Origin: a virus
Taxonomy: Duplodnaviria > Caudoviricetes
Direction: 5' to 3' (one strand)
Length of the DNA: 57,997 nucleotides
IMG/VR virus record: IMGVR_UViG_3300020442_004525
Coordinates: 1-57,997 of that record
Of the stretch, positions 55,292-57,997 are shown one piece after another. The notes beneath the pieces were generated by a model. It was given only the letters and a program-made list of their open reading frames with translations. It made no database searches and was not told the origin of the DNA. Both the position numbers and the translations under genes were made by a program. Numbering within the stretch: the stretch's first letter is position 1; every line of letters starts with the position of its first letter.

Positions 55292-56360
55292 TATAGGCAT
55301 AACTTGCGAACTATCCAAATCTATTTGGACAGGAAGCTTAAAGCAATCTGCGATATTCTTATATGAATGTTTAGAACGTTGTGGATTCAATCCTTTATAC
55401 CTATCAAACAATAGACAGATTAGCGATTTCAACAAAAACCACAAAGCTTACAACATAAACCAGATACTATACGATAAGTTTCCAAAGCTAGATATAATAA
55501 TCATGCACGGATTCACAATAAACGACGAAGAAATTGACAAAATTAAAAAAATTCATAAAAATTGTAAATTTATTTTATTCTACAATAATCATAGAATATA
55601 TGTTGATCAGCAGAACCTATTGTCTGGTAGAAGTTTTTCAGAAAGGGTAAATAAAGTAGATGAAATTTGGCTATATGGTCACCATTCAGACTGCGCTCAG
55701 TATGTAAAATACTATCACGGCACAGACGCCGCAGTAAGAACTGTACCGTTTCTCTGGTCTCCTTTTTATATAAACCTAGCAAAACGAAAACTAAACTTAG
55801 AATTTAACGAAGAGCTTCAACCTCAAGTTTTAGTTTTAGAACCTAATGAAAATTCCTCAAAAACCTGCTTAATACCACTATTAATATGCGAAAGCTTTAA
55901 TATGAGTTTCGGAAATGCTTGTACAAGCTTTAGCTTATTCAATACGGATAAAATAAAAGTAAACAAAGGTGCCAAGGAGTTAATCTCAACCTTTTCGGCA
56001 TCCCAACAAAACAAAGTTTTTTTAAATAAAAAATGGAAATTTATAGATGCAATAAGCAGACTCGGGCAGTTCGTATTATCTCACAACACGCACAGCGAAA
56101 TCAATAATTTATTTTTAGAAACCCTCCATCTAAACTTACCACTAATCCACAACTCTAAAGTTATTAAAAACTATGGCTATTATTATCAAGACCATGACAT
56201 ACGCACGGCGTCAAATCAAATTTATAATGCCATATGCAACCACTCTGAAAATCTAGAAATATACAACAAGGAAAATCAAAATTTAATTAGAGGCCTTTCC
56301 CCCACGGAATCAAGTAATGTTTTATTTTTTCAAAAAATAATTTCCCATTTACTAAAATAA
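55284..56360 (+). CDS. DUF2827-like protein (paralogue 3, divergent motifs)
   Basis: SIWTGSLKQS, VPFLWSP, EPNENSSKTCLIP, SHNTHSEINNLFLE..LPLIHNS..YGYYY. Confidence 0.72.
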   Translation: MINIGITCELSKSIWTGSLKQSAIFLYECLERCGFNPLYLSNNRQISDFNKNHKAYNINQILYDKFPKLDIIIMHGFTINDEEIDKIKKIHKNCKFILFYNNHRIYVDQQNLLSGRSFSERVNKVDEIWLYGHHSDCAQYVKYYHGTDAAVRTVPFLWSPFYINLAKRKLNLEFNEELQPQVLVLEPNENSSKTCLIPLLICESFNMSFGNACTSFSLFNTDKIKVNKGAKELISTFSASQQNKVFLNKKWKFIDAISRLGQFVLSHNTHSEINNLFLETLHLNLPLIHNSKVIKNYGYYYQDHDIRTASNQIYNAICNHSENLEIYNKENQNLIRGLSPTESSNVLFFQKIISHLLK

Positions 56361-56375
56361 TGAGTATATAAGGGC

Positions 56376-57740
56376 ATGCCTAGAAGTACCAACTTCGAGG
56401 AGCTAGTACTAGATGGAATTTCGCTCAAAAAGAGCGCTTCAGATAAACTTGAAGTAAACTCCGTAGTACTTGCCGATGCAGATGATATATCAAGTGTTGA
56501 TTTAAGAATCAATGCGCAAGAAACAAATCGCTCGGACGACGTAGACAGTCTTGATACTCGCGTTTCTCTTGAGGAAAGCACTGAAACCGCTAAGGTTGGA
56601 AGTGTTGACACAAGGGTTGGCGCAGCAGAAGACGATCGCTCTACAGACGTAGACAGTCTTGACACTCGCGTTTCTCTTGAGGAAAGCACTGAAACCGCTA
56701 AGGTTGGAAGTGTTGACACAAGGGTTGGCGCAGCAGAAGACGATCGCTCTACAGATGTGGACAGTCTCGACACCCGAGTTTCTCTTGAGGAAAGCACTGA
56801 AACCGCTAAGGTTGGCAGCGTTGACACAAGGGTTGGGCTTGCAGAAACAAATCGCTCCACGAATGTAGATAGTCTTGACACTAGGGTATCCCTTGAAGAA
56901 AGCACTGAGGCCGCTGAGGTTGTCAGTATTGACACAAGGTTGAGCATTGATGAGGCTGCAGATTCTGGAAAGTTTGACAGTATCGACGACCGCATATCTC
57001 TTGAGGAAAGCACTGAAACCGCTAAGGTTGGCAGTATTGACACAAGAGTCGGCGCAGCAGAAGACGATCGCTCTACAGACGTAGACAGTCTTGATACTCG
57101 CGTTTCTCTTGAGGAAAGCACTGAAACCGCTAAGGTTGGCAGTATTGACACAAGAGTCGGCGCAGCAGAAGACGACCGTTCCACAGACGTAGACAGTCTT
57201 GATACTCGCGTTTCTCTTGAGGAAAGCACTGAAACCGCTAAGGTTGGCAGTATTGACACAAGAGTCGGCGCAGCAGAAGACGACCGTTCTACAGACGTAA
57301 ACAGTCTTGATACTCGTGTCTCTCTTGAGGAAAGCACTGAAACCGCTAAGGTTGGAAGTGTTGACACAAGGGTTGGCGCTCAAGAATCAAAACGTTCGAC
57401 AGACGTAGCAAGTATTGACACAAGACTTGCCGCAGAAGCGAAATCAACACAAATCTCGCTAGACATCCCAATCAGCGGAAATGCATCACATTTAGATGTT
57501 AATTTCTCAAGTGCAGGGTTTGACGCATCAGATACGGTGATTGTATATGGAGCAATTAGAGACGCTGCAGATAGCGCATCTAATCCAATTATAGCATCCC
57601 AGATTTCTGGAGCAAATAGTCATAATAGCGTTACATTTATTTTCTCGGACTCGATCCCAGAAAATACAAGCAGTGCGATACATAACCAAAATAGTGATTA
57701 TGTTATGGACTGCATATTCAAACAAGAAAACCAAAACTAA
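56376..57740 (+). CDS. Ser/Thr/Asp-rich coiled-coil repeat fibre protein
   Basis: 36-aa repeat VDSLDTRVSLEESTETAKVGSVDTRVGAAEDDRSTD, then a small C-terminal beta domain. GAGTA 14 nt upstream. Confidence 0.8.
   Translation: MPRSTNFEELVLDGISLKKSASDKLEVNSVVLADADDISSVDLRINAQETNRSDDVDSLDTRVSLEESTETAKVGSVDTRVGAAEDDRSTDVDSLDTRVSLEESTETAKVGSVDTRVGAAEDDRSTDVDSLDTRVSLEESTETAKVGSVDTRVGLAETNRSTNVDSLDTRVSLEESTEAAEVVSIDTRLSIDEAADSGKFDSIDDRISLEESTETAKVGSIDTRVGAAEDDRSTDVDSLDTRVSLEESTETAKVGSIDTRVGAAEDDRSTDVDSLDTRVSLEESTETAKVGSIDTRVGAAEDDRSTDVNSLDTRVSLEESTETAKVGSVDTRVGAQESKRSTDVASIDTRLAAEAKSTQISLDIPISGNASHLDVNFSSAGFDASDTVIVYGAIRDAADSASNPIIASQISGANSHNSVTFIFSDSIPENTSSAIHNQNSDYVMDCIFKQENQN
56490..57430 (+). repeat. 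About 8 copies of a 108-bp tandem repeat (two 54-bp half-units)
   Basis: tctcttgaggaaagcactgaaaccgctaaggttgg recurs every 108 nt, nearly identical. Confidence 0.95.
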
Positions 57741-57763
57741 TTTTGGTTAGAAAGTTATAAAAA

Positions 57764-57997
57764 ATGCCAAATAAAGTAGCATTAGAGCAGATTGCCTTAA
57801 GCAACACTGACGTTGTTATCTCAACAGATAACAAGCTTTTCGTCGGAGGCACCAGGCAAGCTGATAGCATAAATATTGCGAGTGTTGACACTCGTATCTC
57901 TCTTGAAGAAAGCACCGAGACCGCTAAGGTTGGAAGTCTTGACACAAGAGTTGGCGCAGAAGAAGACAATCGTTCTTCAGACGTAGCCAGCATTGAC
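57764..57997 (+). CDS. 3'-truncated paralogue of the repeat fibre protein
   Basis: ATG at 57764: MPNKVALEQIALSNTD...IASVDTRISLEESTETAKVGSLDTRVGAEEDNRSSDVASID, open to the window end. Confidence 0.8.
   Translation, partial: MPNKVALEQIALSNTDVVISTDNKLFVGGTRQADSINIASVDTRISLEESTETAKVGSLDTRVGAEEDNRSSDVASID

Noticed and set aside
56330-57383. Long antisense ORFs (345 and 293 aa) over the 108-bp repeats
   Set aside because: They are shadows of a stop-free tandem repeat. The + strand ORF has unique termini and a paralogue.
56490-57430. Possible CRISPR array
   Set aside because: The units are contiguous in-frame repeats with no unique spacers, and no cas genes are present.
1-57997. Stop-codon reassignment, introns or inteins
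   Set aside because: Standard-code ORFs tile the window almost completely, and NrdA and the portal look uninterrupted.

Overview
The window is a densely coding 58 kb piece of a large, AT-rich tailed dsDNA phage. It has a lambda-type tail tip, and no rRNA, tRNA, CRISPR array or IS element was recognised. (1) 1-23660 (+): a much-enlarged lambda-like tail-tip operon with a double gpM/Dit, Fe-S gpL, JAB-only gpK, a gpI-gpJ fusion and a 4035-aa fibre ending in a Peptidase_S74 chaperone. (2) 23628-38653: two divergent replication/metabolism arms with a recombinase-like protein, a Whirly-like protein, NrdA, an HTH protein, dNMP kinase, a sigma factor and SSB. They are interleaved with a glycan-synthesis set (GT4, GT9, WavE-like, HAD-nucleotidyltransferase, GDPD) and preceded by near-consensus sigma70 promoters. 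(3) 38688-57997: virion genes (repeat fibres, TSP3 protein, portal) plus three DUF2827-like paralogues beside Ser/Thr-rich repeat proteins, many sharing a GTGTA motif 14-16 nt upstream of the start. Best leads: a plant-Whirly-like protein with an SSB-type acidic tail; a phage sigma factor with a GTGTA late promoter; a putative virion-glycosylation system; a JAB/Ubl-gpJ polyprotein; a split GT9; an ATA start codon; a gene-independent skew flip near 35-36 kb. All family calls come from motif recognition by eye, not database searches.
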